Shown: one piece after another, positions 46,027 through 58,530 of the stretch
How the letters are laid out: every line of letters starts with the position of its first letter
Position numbering within the stretch: the stretch's first letter is position 1
Translations under genes and position numbers: made by a program
From: Centroscyllium fabricii
Lineage: Eukaryota
Direction: 5' to 3'
Assembly (NCBI GenBank): GCA_051313645.2
Contig: JBNRSN020000007.1
Span: forward strand, 100,006,001 to 100,070,000
DNA: 64,000 nt
Notes under the pieces: model-generated
What the model saw: the letters and a program-made list of their open reading frames with translations, nothing else
Told to the model about the DNA's origin: nothing
Databases searched by the model: none

Positions 46027-48167
46027 TGTAACCGTCAATAACGTCTTCGGAGTCGAATAGTTAGTTATAATAATCAGGCTTTAATTAACTACGTTGGAGA
46101 TACACAACCGAGCTGACTGTCCCCAGAATGGCACGGGGGATGGGGACAGTCCCTTATGTACCTCCTCCGGTGGGGGAGGAGTCATGGGCGGTGCCAGGTG
46201 TATCCTACAGGTGTTACATGGTATTACAGTGCTATACAGGTGTTACATGGTATTACAGTGATATACAGTTTATCACATTCACCCCTTCTTTAAAACCAAA
46301 ATACGGTGGGGTGAACAACACGCGGGGGGGTACAAAAAGGGAAAAAGAAAACAACTAATTACACTGTGCTCAATAACGAAATATATCCATTTAACGTTCT
46401 TTTGACTCAATAACGAAGTATATACAATTAACGTTCTTTTGACTATATGTTCAGTCTTTCAGGCGGTTTCGTCGTCCGCGCTGATCTTCGTAGCGCTGGT
46501 GGTGCCTGTGGTGTTCGTTGTTGTTGAGTGGCTCGCCGTGCTGGCAGTGCCTGTGGTGTTCGCTGTCGTGGGGTAGCTGGTTGCGTCGTTTGTTCCTTTT
46601 CTGCTGGTTTGCCGGTGGTGGTTATGTCACTTCCGGGTGGCGGTGATGCCCTTATTTCGACAGCAGGGGGCGCGCTCTCTCTTTCGTCCTCTGGCTCTGG
46701 GGGGAGCGCATTGTGGATCCAGGCTTGGGGCTGGGTCGTGCTGCGCGCAGGTGCCTTGTGGACATACTGGGGTACTGGGCCCACGTGGCGGAGCTCGTAA
46801 TTCGGCTTCGGTGGCTCGGGGGGGGTCACTGGGGGTTTTGGGAGCTCGGGCTGCCTGGCTGGGCTGGTTTTGGGGATCCCTGCTGGGGCTAGGTCCTTTA
46901 TGGACACGGTGTCCTCCCTCCCGTTGGGGTACGCTATGTACGCGTACTGGGGATTGGCGTGCAGGAGGTGGACCCGTTCGACTAGGGGGTCTGCCTTGTG
47001 TCCCCTCACATGCTTCCTCAGCAGAACCGGTCCCGGAGATAGCAGCCACGATGGTAGCGAGGTCCCGGAAGCTGACTTCCTGGGGAAGGCAAAAAGTCTT
47101 TCGTGAGGGGTGGTGTTAGTGGCAGTACACAATAGGGACCGGATAGAGTGGAGTGCTTCAGGGAGAACGTCCTGCCATCGGGTGACTGGGAGGTCTTTTG
47201 ACTTTAGGGCTAACTGGATGGCTTTCCAAACCGTGGCGTTCTCTCTCTCTACCTGCCCGTTCCCCCGGGGGTTGTAGCTGGTGGTCCTGCTGGTTGCAAT
47301 ACCTTTCGCCAGCAGATACTGACGCAGCTCGTCGCTCATAAAAGAGGCCCCCCGGTCACTGTGGATATAGTTCGGGTACCCGAACAGGGAGAAGATGCTA
47401 CTGAGGGCTTTGATAACAGTGGCGGAGGTCATGTCCTGGCAGGGGATGGCGAAAGGGAAGCGGGAGTACTCATCTATAACGTTGAGGAAATAGACGTTCC
47501 TGTTGGCTGAGGGAAGGGGCCCTTTAAAATCGACACTGAGTCGTTCAAAGGGGCGAGTGGCCTTGATTAGGTGCGCCCGGTCTGGCCGGTAGAAGTGCGG
47601 CTTGCACTCCGCGCAGATCTGGCAGTTGCTGGTCATGGTCTTGACTTCTTCAATAGAGTAGGGGAGGTTGCGGGACTTCACGAAGTGAACCAACCTGGTG
47701 ACCCCCGGGTGGCAGAGGTCGTTGTGAAGGGTTTGGAGACGGTCAGCCTGTGCGCTGGCACAGGTACCGCGGGATAGGGCATCTGGGGGTTCGTTAAATT
47801 TCCCGGGCCGATACAAAATATCATAATTGAACGCTGATAGTTCAATTCTCCACCTTAATATTTTGTCGTTCTTAATCTTACCCCGCTCTTTGTTGTTGAA
47901 CATAAAAGCGACTGAGCGTTGGTCAGTCAGCAGGGTAAAACGCTTTCCGGCCAGGTAGTGCTTCCAGTGCCGCACTGCTTCAACAATTGCTTGGGCCTCC
48001 TTTTCGATTGAGGAATGGCGGGTTTCTGGGCCTTGGAGGGTACGTGAAAAGAAGGCCACGGGTCTGCCCGCCTGGTTAAGGGTGGCGGCCAGGGCAAAGT
48101 CAGATGCATCGCTTTCCACTTGGAATGGGACGGACTCATCCACAGCGTGCATCGTGGCTTTGGCTAT
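46027..48167 (-). mobile_element. 5'-truncated copy of Gypsy element A (3' LTR 46027-46277, RNase H, integrase)
   Basis: ORF 46443-48179 nearly identical to the A C-terminus; LTR matches A with a few changes. Confidence 0.95.
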
Positions 48168-50436
48168 GAGGAGGAACACTTACAAAATCTTCAACAGGTG
48201 TTGACAAGATTGGACCAATATGGGTTGCGCGTCAACAAGGAAAAATGTGAATTTTTCCAGGACCGCATCTCCTATTGTGGCCACGAAATAGACAAAGAAG
48301 GGCTACACAAGTCACCCGAAAAGATAGAGGCGGTGACCAAGGCACCTACCCCACAAAACGTAGCCCAATTACGATCATTCTTAGGGCTCATAAATTACTA
48401 CCATAAATTTTTGCCCAATCTATCGTCAGTGCTACACCCTTTGAGCACCTTGCTGCAGACAGGCATTGAATGGAATTGGGACTCCACCTGTTCAGCAGCA
48501 TTCCAACAAAGCAAAAAGCTTATCACGTCCACAAAAGTGTTGGTCCACTTCGACCCAAAACTCCCCATCCGTTTGGCCTGCGATGCCTCACCTTATGGCA
48601 TAGGAGCGGTACTCTCGCACCGATGGCACGATGGGACCGAAAGACCCATAGCGTTTGCCTCCAAGTCTTTAACCAAGGCCGAGCGCAACTACGCACAAAT
48701 TGATCGTGAAGCGCTGAGACTAGTGTGGGGGGTCAAGAAATTCCACCAGTACCTGCACGGCCAGCAGTTCACACTGATCACAGACCACCAACCCCTAGTC
48801 TCCATATTTCACCCGAGTAAGGGAGTGCCCCAAATGACGGCACAACGGTTACAGAGGTGGGCCCTGTTCCTTGGGGCCCACCAATACTCAATTGAACATA
48901 AAGGAACAAATCATCACGGCAATGCCGATGGGTTGTAACGCCTACCGTTACCGGAGGACTCAGGGGGGTCTGACCCATTAGATATGTACCACATACAACT
49001 AATAGAACAACTACCAGTCACAAGCCAACAGATAGAAATGGCTACCAAAAACGATGTGGTACTTTCAAAAATATACGACATCACAATCAATGGGTGGTCC
49101 CAAGACGACCAAAAACAATGGCCAGCCTTCTCAGCACGTAAGGAACAACTGTCTGTCTGCAGAGGGACACTCATGTGTGGAGCTAGGGTGGTCATTCCCA
49201 AGAAACTACAGCATAAAGTGCTACTCGATCTCCATGAGGGCCACTTAGGGGGCGTAAAAATGAAATCGCTCGCCAGGTCATATGTCTGGTGGCCAGGAAT
49301 AGATAAAGACATCGAAGGGTTAGCCAAGCAATGTCACGGGTGCCAGGAGGTCCAAAACACACCACCCCGCGCACCACTACACCCCTGGGAATGGCCATCA
49401 TCCCCATGGCAGCGAGTACACATAGACTTCGCTGGGCCATTTATGGACTCTATGTTCTTAATAGTGGTTGATGCCCACTCTAAGTGGCCGGAAGTCATAA
49501 AGATGGCTTCCACCACCTCAACAAAAACAGTTGAGGTACTGCGCACAATTTTTGCTAGAAACGGCATCCCGGAACAGATTTGCTCAGACAATGGGCCACA
49601 ATTTGTGTCCGAGGAATTTCAGCGCTTCCTAAAAGGGAACGGGGTACGACATTATAAGTCGGCACCGTATCACCCGGCCACAAATGGGTTGGCCAAAAGG
49701 TTCGTCCAAACCTTCAAAAAGGCCATAAAAGCCATGAAGGACGAAAAACGGCCATTACAACACAAAATTGACAATTTCCTGTTTGCATACCGCAATGCGG
49801 CACACGCCATAACCAATCAACCACCAGCAGTTTTGTTCCTAAATAGGAAGCTACGATCCAGGTTAGATTTGGTCAAACCTGAGATCCGCAGGGACGTGGA
49901 GCGCCGAATATTTAAACAGGCCCCGAGCAGGGAGACCAGAAACTTCACGGTAGGGCAACAGGTCAGGGTCCGGGATTACCGGGACCAGCAAGGAGCGAAA
50001 TGGCAACCCGGCACCATCCACGAACAACAGGGGCCCCTAACATACATGGTGGACATGGCGGCTGGACTCATTCGCCGCCACACCGACCAAATAGTAGAGG
50101 CCCCAGCCCCAGTTGACAAGTCACAGGCCAGTGGGAGTAACAAAACCAACACATACACCAAAACGACTACCATACCTCACATCACCCACAGTAGTGAAGA
50201 GGACTCTGACACTGACTCACAACTAGTTACCATTGAGGGGCCACCAGACCCAGCTCCGACTGTACAACGACGCTACCCACAACGGGTACGGCGGCCCCCA
50301 GACAGACTAAAACTGTAATGTTCCAAGGTGCCTATACCAGGACAGACTCAGTGTTGTATATAAAATCAAAAATTACCATTGTTCATTATTGTTATTGCTG
50401 TTCATTGTTGTTATTGCTGTTCATTATTGTTATTAC
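48168..50436 (+). mobile_element. Inverted copy of the 3' half of Gypsy element C
   Basis: Reverse complement of 50495-52763 (coordinate sum 100931; identical 444-aa ORFs). Confidence 0.95.
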
Positions 50437-50494
50437 TGTTATTATTACCATTATTATGACCATTGTTGTTATTATTCTGTATAATAATTGTGTT

Positions 50495-53400
50495 GTAATA
50501 ACAATAATGAACAGCAATAACAACAATGAACAGCAATAACAATAATGAACAATGGTAATTTTTGATTTTATATACAACACTGAGTCTGTCCTGGTATAGG
50601 CACCTTGGAACATTACAGTTTTAGTCTGTCTGGGGGCCGCCGTACCCGTTGTGGGTAGCGTCGTTGTACAGTCGGAGCTGGGTCTGGTGGCCCCTCAATG
50701 GTAACTAGTTGTGAGTCAGTGTCAGAGTCCTCTTCACTACTGTGGGTGATGTGAGGTATGGTAGTCGTTTTGGTGTATGTGTTGGTTTTGTTACTCCCAC
50801 TGGCCTGTGACTTGTCAACTGGGGCTGGGGCCTCTACTATTTGGTCGGTGTGGCGGCGAATGAGTCCAGCCGCCATGTCCACCATGTATGTTAGGGGCCC
50901 CTGTTGTTCGTGGATGGTGCCGGGTTGCCATTTCGCTCCTTGCTGGTCCCGGTAATCCCGGACCCTGACCTGTTGCCCTACCGTGAAGTTTCTGGTCTCC
51001 CTGCTCGGGGCCTGTTTAAATATTCGGCGCTCCACGTCCCTGCGGATCTCAGGTTTGACCAAATCTAACCTGGATCGTAGCTTCCTATTTAGGAACAAAA
51101 CTGCTGGTGGTTGATTGGTTATGGCGTGTGCCGCATTGCGGTATGCAAACAGGAAATTGTCAATTTTGTGTTGTAATGGCCGTTTTTCGTCCTTCATGGC
51201 TTTTATGGCCTTTTTGAAGGTTTGGACGAACCTTTTGGCCAACCCATTTGTGGCCGGGTGATACGGTGCCGACTTATAATGTCGTACCCCGTTCCCTTTT
51301 AGGAAGCGCTGAAATTCCTCGGACACAAATTGTGGCCCATTGTCTGAGCAAATCTGTTCCGGGATGCCGTTTCTAGCAAAAATTGTGCGCAGTACCTCAA
51401 CTGTTTTTGTTGAGGTGGTGGAAGCCATCTTTATGACTTCCGGCCACTTAGAGTGGGCATCAACCACTATTAAGAACATAGAGTCCATAAATGGCCCAGC
51501 GAAGTCTATGTGTACTCGCTGCCATGGGGATGATGGCCATTCCCAGGGGTGTAGTGGTGCGCGGGGTGGTGTGTTTTGGACCTCCTGGCACCCGTGACAT
51601 TGCTTGGCTAACCCTTCGATGTCTTTATCTATTCCTGGCCACCAGACATATGACCTGGCGAGCGATTTCATTTTTACGCCCCCTAAGTGGCCCTCATGGA
51701 GATCGAGTAGCACTTTATGCTGTAGTTTCTTGGGAATGACCACCCTAGCTCCACACATGAGTGTCCCTCTGCAGACAGACAGTTGTTCCTTACGTGCTGA
51801 GAAGGCTGGCCATTGTTTTTGGTCGTCTTGGGACCACCCATTGATTGTGATGTCGTATATTTTTGAAAGTACCACATCGTTTTTGGTAGCCATTTCTATC
51901 TGTTGGCTTGTGACTGGTAGTTGTTCTATTAGTTGTATGTGGTACATATCTAATGGGTCAGACCCCCCTGAGTCCTCCGGTAACGGTAGGCGTTACAACC
52001 CATCGGCATTGCCGTGATGATTTGTTCCTTTATGTTCAATTGAGTATTGGTGGGCCCCAAGGAACAGGGCCCACCTCTGTAACCGTTGTGCCGTCATTTG
52101 GGGCACTCCCTTACTCGGGTGAAATATGGAGACTAGGGGTTGGTGGTCTGTGATCAGTGTGAACTGCTGGCCGTGCAGGTACTGGTGGAATTTCTTGACC
52201 CCCCACACTAGTCTCAGCGCTTCACGATCAATTTGTGCGTAGTTGCGCTCGGCCTTGGTTAAAGACTTGGAGGCAAACGCTATGGGTCTTTCGGTCCCAT
52301 CGTGCCATCGGTGCGAGAGTACCGCTCCTATGCCATAAGGTGAGGCATCGCAGGCCAAACGGATGGGGAGTTTTGGGTCGAAGTGGACCAACACTTTTGT
52401 GGACGTGATAAGCTTTTTGCTTTGTTGGAATGCTGCTGAACAGGTGGAGTCCCAATTCCATTCAATGCCTGTCTGCAGCAAGGTGCTCAAAGGGTGTAGC
52501 ACTGACGATAGATTGGGCAAAAATTTATGGTAGTAATTTATGAGCCCTAAGAATGATCGTAATTGGGCTACGTTTTGTGGGGTAGGTGCCTTGGTCACCG
52601 CCTCTATCTTTTCGGGTGACTTGTGTAGCCCTTCTTTGTCTATTTCGTGGCCACAATAGGAGATGCGGTCCTGGAAAAATTCACATTTTTCCTTGTTGAC
52701 GCGCAACCCATATTGGTCCAATCTTGTCAACACCTGTTGAAGATTTTGTAAGTGTTCCTCCTCGGACCGGCCAGTCACGAGGATGTCATCAAGGTAACAT
52801 TGTGTTCCCTTGATCCCCTGTAAGACTTGGTCCATGGCCCGTTGCCAAATGGCCGGGGCCGAGGCGACGCCAAAGACCAAGCGGTTGTATCTATATAATC
52901 CTTTGTGGGTGTTGATCGTGAGGAGTTCCCTAGATTCTGGTTCTACCTCCATTTGGAGGTATGCCTTTGCCAGGTCAATTTTGGTAAATTGTTGTCCCCC
53001 CGCTAGTGATGCGAAAATATCGTCAATTCGCGGTAGGGGGTACTGTGCTACTTTCAGAACGGGGTTTATTGTAATTTTAAAATCCCCACATATCCTCACT
53101 TTTCCTGTTTTGTCTCCTATGTGTCCCTTTTTAATCACCGGAACGATGGGGGTAGCCCAATCGCTCCATTCTACTTTAGTGAGGACCCCTTGTTCCTCCA
53201 GTGTCTGCAGTTCGGCCTCTACTGCCGGTCTAATGGCGTACGGTACCTGTCTTGCTTTAGCAAAGTGGGGTATAGCGTCTCGCTCTATTGTGATTCTGGC
53301 CTTAATATTTTCGAGTTTGCCTAAACCCTGTTGGAAAACCCTGGGGGTTCGACCAATAATGTCCGCGAGTCTTTCCTTTATGTTCCAGGAAGGTTGTGAG

Positions 53401-55565
53401 CTTTCGTTCACTTGTAATTTGTGCACCGTGCTCCAATCGAGCTTGATTCTCCTGATCCACTCACGGCCCAACAATGGGGGCCCCCCATTCCTTAGAACAT
53501 AGAGGAACAGCCCCCGCACCTGTTTACCCTGGTACCTTACGTTAACGGCCAATTTCCCCAGTGTCTGGCACGTCTGTCCTGTATACGTCCTGATCACTAA
53601 TGATGATCTCTGTAGGGGAATAAATTTGAAAAAGTTAGCATAATCATGTTCATTTATGACCGAGAGCGCCGACCCAGTGTCCAGTTCCATTTTAATTGGC
53701 ACTGTGGCCACCTTTAATTCTATCCACATGACCTTTCGGTCTGTCTTATTGTCCAGAGTATTGACTTGGAGGTTTGCCAGTGTTTCTTCGTGCTCCAGTT
53801 GTCCTTCCTCGGAACTGGTCTCGGACAATTTATTAACTCTCTTTGGTGTCCCTGTTCTGGGGGACCTCTCTGGGCGTCTGTTGGTCTTCTTAGAGCGGCA
53901 AACCGCCGCGATATGGCCTTTCTTGCCGCAGTTCCTGCAATCTTTATCCTTGAACCAGCACTGGGCTTGGTCGTGTGTTTGTTTACCGCAGCGGTAGCAT
54001 TTGGTAGTGTTTACTAACACCCGGTGTGTCTCGCAGGTGGCGGCCCTGGTGTTAATTTCTGCTGCTCCCGCCGCCGCTGATTCATACGCGGTGGCTATCT
54101 GTACTGCTTGGTCTAACGTCAAAGCTTGTTTAGTTAGCAACTTCCTCTGTGTGGCTTCATCCTTTATGCCACAGACGTAGCGGTCTCTAAGATAATTGGA
54201 AAGCTCGCCCTCGAATTTGCAATGAATGGCGAGTCTCCTCAGTTCTTTTAAATACTGGGCCAGTGTTTCGTCATTCTTCTGCTCTCGTTTGAAAAATTTA
54301 AATCTTTCGGCAATGAATGGTGGCGTAGGGTTAAGATACGCTTGCAGAGCCTGTCCAATTTGAGTTATTGAAGCGTCAGCTGGCTTCAGTGGGTTTAATA
54401 ATGTTCTGAGCAACCCATAGGTATCAGGCCCGATTGCATTTAAAAGTGTTAACACTCTTTGTTCCGCCGTTACTTCTTTAACTAGACAATATATTTCGAA
54501 TCGCTCCATGTAAGCTTCCCACGCTTCATGGTGTGCTTTAAAAGGTCCCAGCATATTTGTTGCTGCCATTCTTATTACTTCCTTTTAAAATGTCTTTTTA
54601 AAATGGCTTCCACCTCGTTTTTGAAACTTGTACAAAATGGCTGCTGCCTTTTTTTTCTTTTTTCTTTACCAAGATGGCTGTTGCCTCGTGTTGGTTTCAA
54701 CATAGTTTGTCTTTCTCCTTTACTAAGATGGCTGCCGTTTTGCACGATTCTCAAAATGGCGTTTTTGTATTTTTTTTCTTTTTTTTTTCCTTTACTAAGA
54801 TGGCTGCCGCCTTCCACGATGCTCTAGCAGCCTTCTACAGCGCTACTTTAAGGTAAGGGACATTGAAACAGTCGCTATTTCCCTTCCCTGGCTGCTCTTT
54901 CAGATCTTTTCTGCAGGTAAGGTTACAACAAATATATATATATATTGAATCTTCTGCGATCTGGCCGATTTCCGCGCCGTTTTTCCTTCTCCTACCCCCT
55001 TTATTATCTGACCCCGTTTTTGGTCGCTGTGGCCTAGTGTCCCGTGAGGATTAACCTACACATCGGGGTGGGGTCGGGGCGATTCGTGCACCCGGCCTCG
55101 CGGTTGCCGTTGCGCCTTCGCGGGTCGATGGGGGAGGGGGAGATCGCGCTCGACACTGTACCTGGTCCTCTGGCTGGTGCCCGCTCGTAGGTCCTTGTAG
55201 GAGGTTGATTCCCACGTCTGAGCCTTCTGTACTTGTTGAAGGCCCTTTTACAGCCGAGTTTTTTCGTGAGTGGTGGAGACTGGAGAATTTTTCTTTTCTC
55301 AGCACTGCCTCCTCGATGTTTTTCTGCCGGTCTATCGTTGGTTCTACCGACCTCGTCGCCCATGTTGCGTCCTTACAGCGGGTAAGGTAAGTAAGCAAAA
55401 CACAGACTCATCACCCAGGTACAGAGGTCTTTATTCAATCGATGATAACTCTGGAATGACTTGGTTGCTCCACGCTGCCTCTTTTATCCAAGCTGTGGCC
55501 AAGCGTGGTATTGCACCTAGGTGCATTGTGTGTGTCATGTGACCTCTCTGTGTGCATACACCACA
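50495..55565 (-). mobile_element. Gypsy element C (Mag-like), 5' LTR 55363-55565, no 3' LTR
   Basis: PBS-like TGGGCGACGAGG (close to the tRNA-Ser type TGGCGACGAGG) right after the LTR; long leader; gag-pol ORFs. Confidence 0.9.
50613..54569 (-). pseudogene. Gag-pol of element C with a nonsense codon before integrase
   Basis: Two CCHC knuckles, LDTGS, YLDD, ACDAS; NADGL-TAA-RLP at conserved ADGLSR; integrase NGLAKR has K where the catalytic E is expected. Confidence 0.9.
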
Positions 55566-58530
55566 GTCAGTGGGTCAGTTTCTGTGTGTTTGGTCCGGCT
55601 TTGATCAGTGGGTCAGTTTCTGTATGTTTGGTACGGGTGTGGTCAGTGGGTCAGTTTATGTGTGTTTGGTCAGGTTGTGGCCAGTGGGGCAGTTACTGTG
55701 TGCATGTTCAGGTTGTGGTCCATGGGTCAGTTTCTGTGTGTTTGGTCAAATTGTGGTCAGTGGGTCAGTTAATGTGTGTTTGATCAGGTTGTGGGTATTG
55801 TGTCATTTTCTGTGTGCTTGGGACGAATTTGGTCAGTGTGTCTATTTTTTTGCATTTTGTCAGGTTGTGGTCATTGGCCCAGTTTCCGAGTGTTTGGTCA
55901 GTTTGCTTTGATTGGGTCATTTTATGTGTGTTTGGTTCGGTTGTGCTTACTGGGTCAGTTTATGTGTGTTTGGTCAGGTTGTGAACATTGGGTCAGTTTC
56001 TGTGTGGTTGGTCAGATTGTGGTTAGTCGGTCAGTTTCTGTAAGTTTGGTCAAGTTGTGATCAGTGGGGCAGTTTCTGTGTGTTTTGCAATGATGTTGTC
56101 AATGGATCAGTTTATGTGTGTTTGGTCATGTTGTCTTCATTGGGTCATTTTCTGTGTTGGTAAGGATGTCGTCATTGGGCCAGTTTCTGTGTGTTTGTTC
56201 ACGTTGTGGTCAGTGGGACAGTTTCTGTGTGTTTGGTCAGGTTGTGGTCATTGGGTCAGTTTCTGTGTGTTTGGACTGGTTGTGGTCAATGGGTCAGTTT
56301 CTGTGTGTTTGGGCAGGTTGTGGTCAGTGGGTAAGTTTCTGTGTTTTTTGTCCGATTGTGGTCAGTGGTCAGTTTCTGTCTGTTTGGTACGGTTGTGGCC
56401 AGTGGGTCTTTTTCTGCCTTTTTGGTCCGGTTGTGTTCAATGGGAAAGTTGGTGTGTTGTTGATCAGGTTCTGGTCAGTGCGTCCGTTTCTGTGTGTTTG
56501 TTGAGGTTTTGGTATGTGGGTCGGTTTCTGTGTGTTTGTTCCGGCTTTGGTCAGTGGGTCAGTTTCTGTATGTTTGGTACGGTTGTGGTCAGTGGGTCAG
56601 TTTCTGTGTGTTTTGTCAGGTTTTGGAAAGTGGGGCAGTTACTGTGTGTTCGGTCAGGTTGTGGTCACTGGGACAGTTTATATGTGTTTGGTCAGGTTGT
56701 AGACAATGGGTCAGTTTCTATGTGTTTGGTCAGGTTATGGTCTGTGTGTCAGTTTCTGTGTGTATAGTCAGGTTGTGGTCAATGGGTCAGTTTCTGTGTG
56801 TTTGGTCAGGTTGTGGACATTGGGCCAGGTTCTGTGTTTAGTGAGCTTGTGAACATTGGGTCAGTTTCTGCGTGTTCGGTCATGTTGTGGTGTGTGATTC
56901 AGTTTCTATGTGTTTGTTCAGGGTGTGGTCAGTGGGTCAGTATCTGTGTGTTTGGTCAGGTTTTGGTCAGTGGGACATTTTCTGTATGTATGGTCAGATA
57001 GTGGTCAGTGGTTCAGTTTCTGTGTGCATGTTCAGGTTGTGGTCAATGGGTCAGTTTCTGTGTGTCTGGTCAAATTGTGGTCAGTGGGTCAGTTACTGTG
57101 TGTTTGATCAGGTTGTGGGTATTGTGTCATTTTCTGTGTGCTTATGACGAATTTGGTCAGTGGGTCTATTTTTTTGCATTTTGTCAGGTAGTGGTCATTG
57201 GCCCAGTTTCCGAGTGTTTGGTCAGTTTGCTTTGATTGGGTCATTTTCTGTGTGTTTGGTCCGGTTGTGGACAGTGGATCAGTTTCTGTGTGTTTGGTCT
57301 GTTTGTTGTCAATGGGCCAGTCTCTGTGTGTTTGTCAGTTTGTGGACATTGGGCCAGTTTCTGTGTTTGGTCAGGTTGTGAACATTGGGTCAGTTTCTGG
57401 GTGTTCGGTCATGTTGTGGTCAGTGTTTCAGTTTCTGTGTGTTTGTAAAGGTTTTGGTCAGTGGGTCAGTTTCTGTGTGTTTGGTCCGGCTTTGATCAGT
57501 GGGTCAGTTTCTGTATGTTTGGTACGGGTGTGGTCAGTGGGTCAGTTTATGTGTGTTTGGTCAGGTTGTGGCCAGTGGGGCAGTTACTGTGTGCATGTTC
57601 AGGTTGTGGTCCATGGGTCAGTTTCTGTGTGTTTGGTCAAATTGTGGTCAGTGGGTCAGTTAATGTGTGTTTGATCAGGTTGTGGGTATTGTGTCATTTT
57701 CTGTGTGCTTGGGACGAATTTGGTCAGTGTGTCTATTTTTTTGCATTTTGTCAGGTTGTGGTCATTGGCCCAGTTTCCGAGTGTTTGGTCAGTTTGCTTT
57801 GATTGGGTCATTTTATGTGTGTTTGGTTCGGTTGTGCTTACTGGGTCAGTTTATGTGTGTTTGGTCAGGTTGTGAACATTGGGTCAGTTTCTGTGTGGTT
57901 GGTCAGATTGTGGTTAGTCGGTCAGTTTCTGTAAGTTTGGTCAAGTTGTGATCAGTGGGGCAGTTTCTGTGTGTTTTGCAATGATGTTGTCAATGGATCA
58001 GTTTGTGTGTTTGGTCATGTTGTCTTCATTGGGTCATTTTCTGTGTTGGTAAGGATGTCGTCATTGGGCCAGTTTCTGTGTGTTTGTTCACGTTGTGGTC
58101 AGTGGGACAGTTTCTGTGTGTTTGGTCAGGTTGTGGTCATTGGGTCAGTTTCTGTGTGTTTGGACTGGTTGTGGTCAATGGGTCAGTTTCTGTGTGTTTG
58201 CGCAGGTTGTGGTCAGTGGGTAAGTTTCTGTGTTTTTTGTCCGATTGTGGTCAGTGGTCAGTTTCTGTCTGTTTGGTACGGTTGTGGCCAGTGGGTCTTT
58301 TTCTGCCTTTTTGGTCCGGTTGTGTTCAGTGGGAAAGTTGGTGTGTTGTTGATCAGGTTCTGGTCAGTGCGTCTGTTTCTGTGTGTTTGTTGAGGTGATG
58401 ATCAGAGGGTCAGTTTCTGCGTGTTTGGTCAGTTAGTGGTATGTGGGTCAGTTTCTGTGTGTTTGTTCCGGTTATGGTCAGTGTGTCAATGTCTGTGTGT
58501 ATAGTGAGTTTGTGGTCAATGTGTCAGTTT
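55566..58530. repeat. 38-bp satellite array with higher-order structure
   Basis: Consensus GTCAGTGGGTCAGTTTCTGTGTGTTTGGTCAGGTTGTG; block 55566-~56500 recurs at +1891. Confidence 0.95.

Noticed and set aside
48120-48938. Apparent novel 272-aa protein, and the odd start of the 578-aa ORF
   Set aside because: Both are chance read-throughs across the A/C junction
51990-51998. Programmed readthrough between RNase H and integrase in element C
   Set aside because: The TAA replaces Ser of conserved ADGLSR by one substitution and the integrase Glu is also mutated, so simple decay is more likely
55505-58530. Many Val/Cys/Trp-rich ORFs and a CRISPR-like periodicity
   Set aside because: Satellite translations; monomers are contiguous with no unique spacers, in eukaryotic DNA
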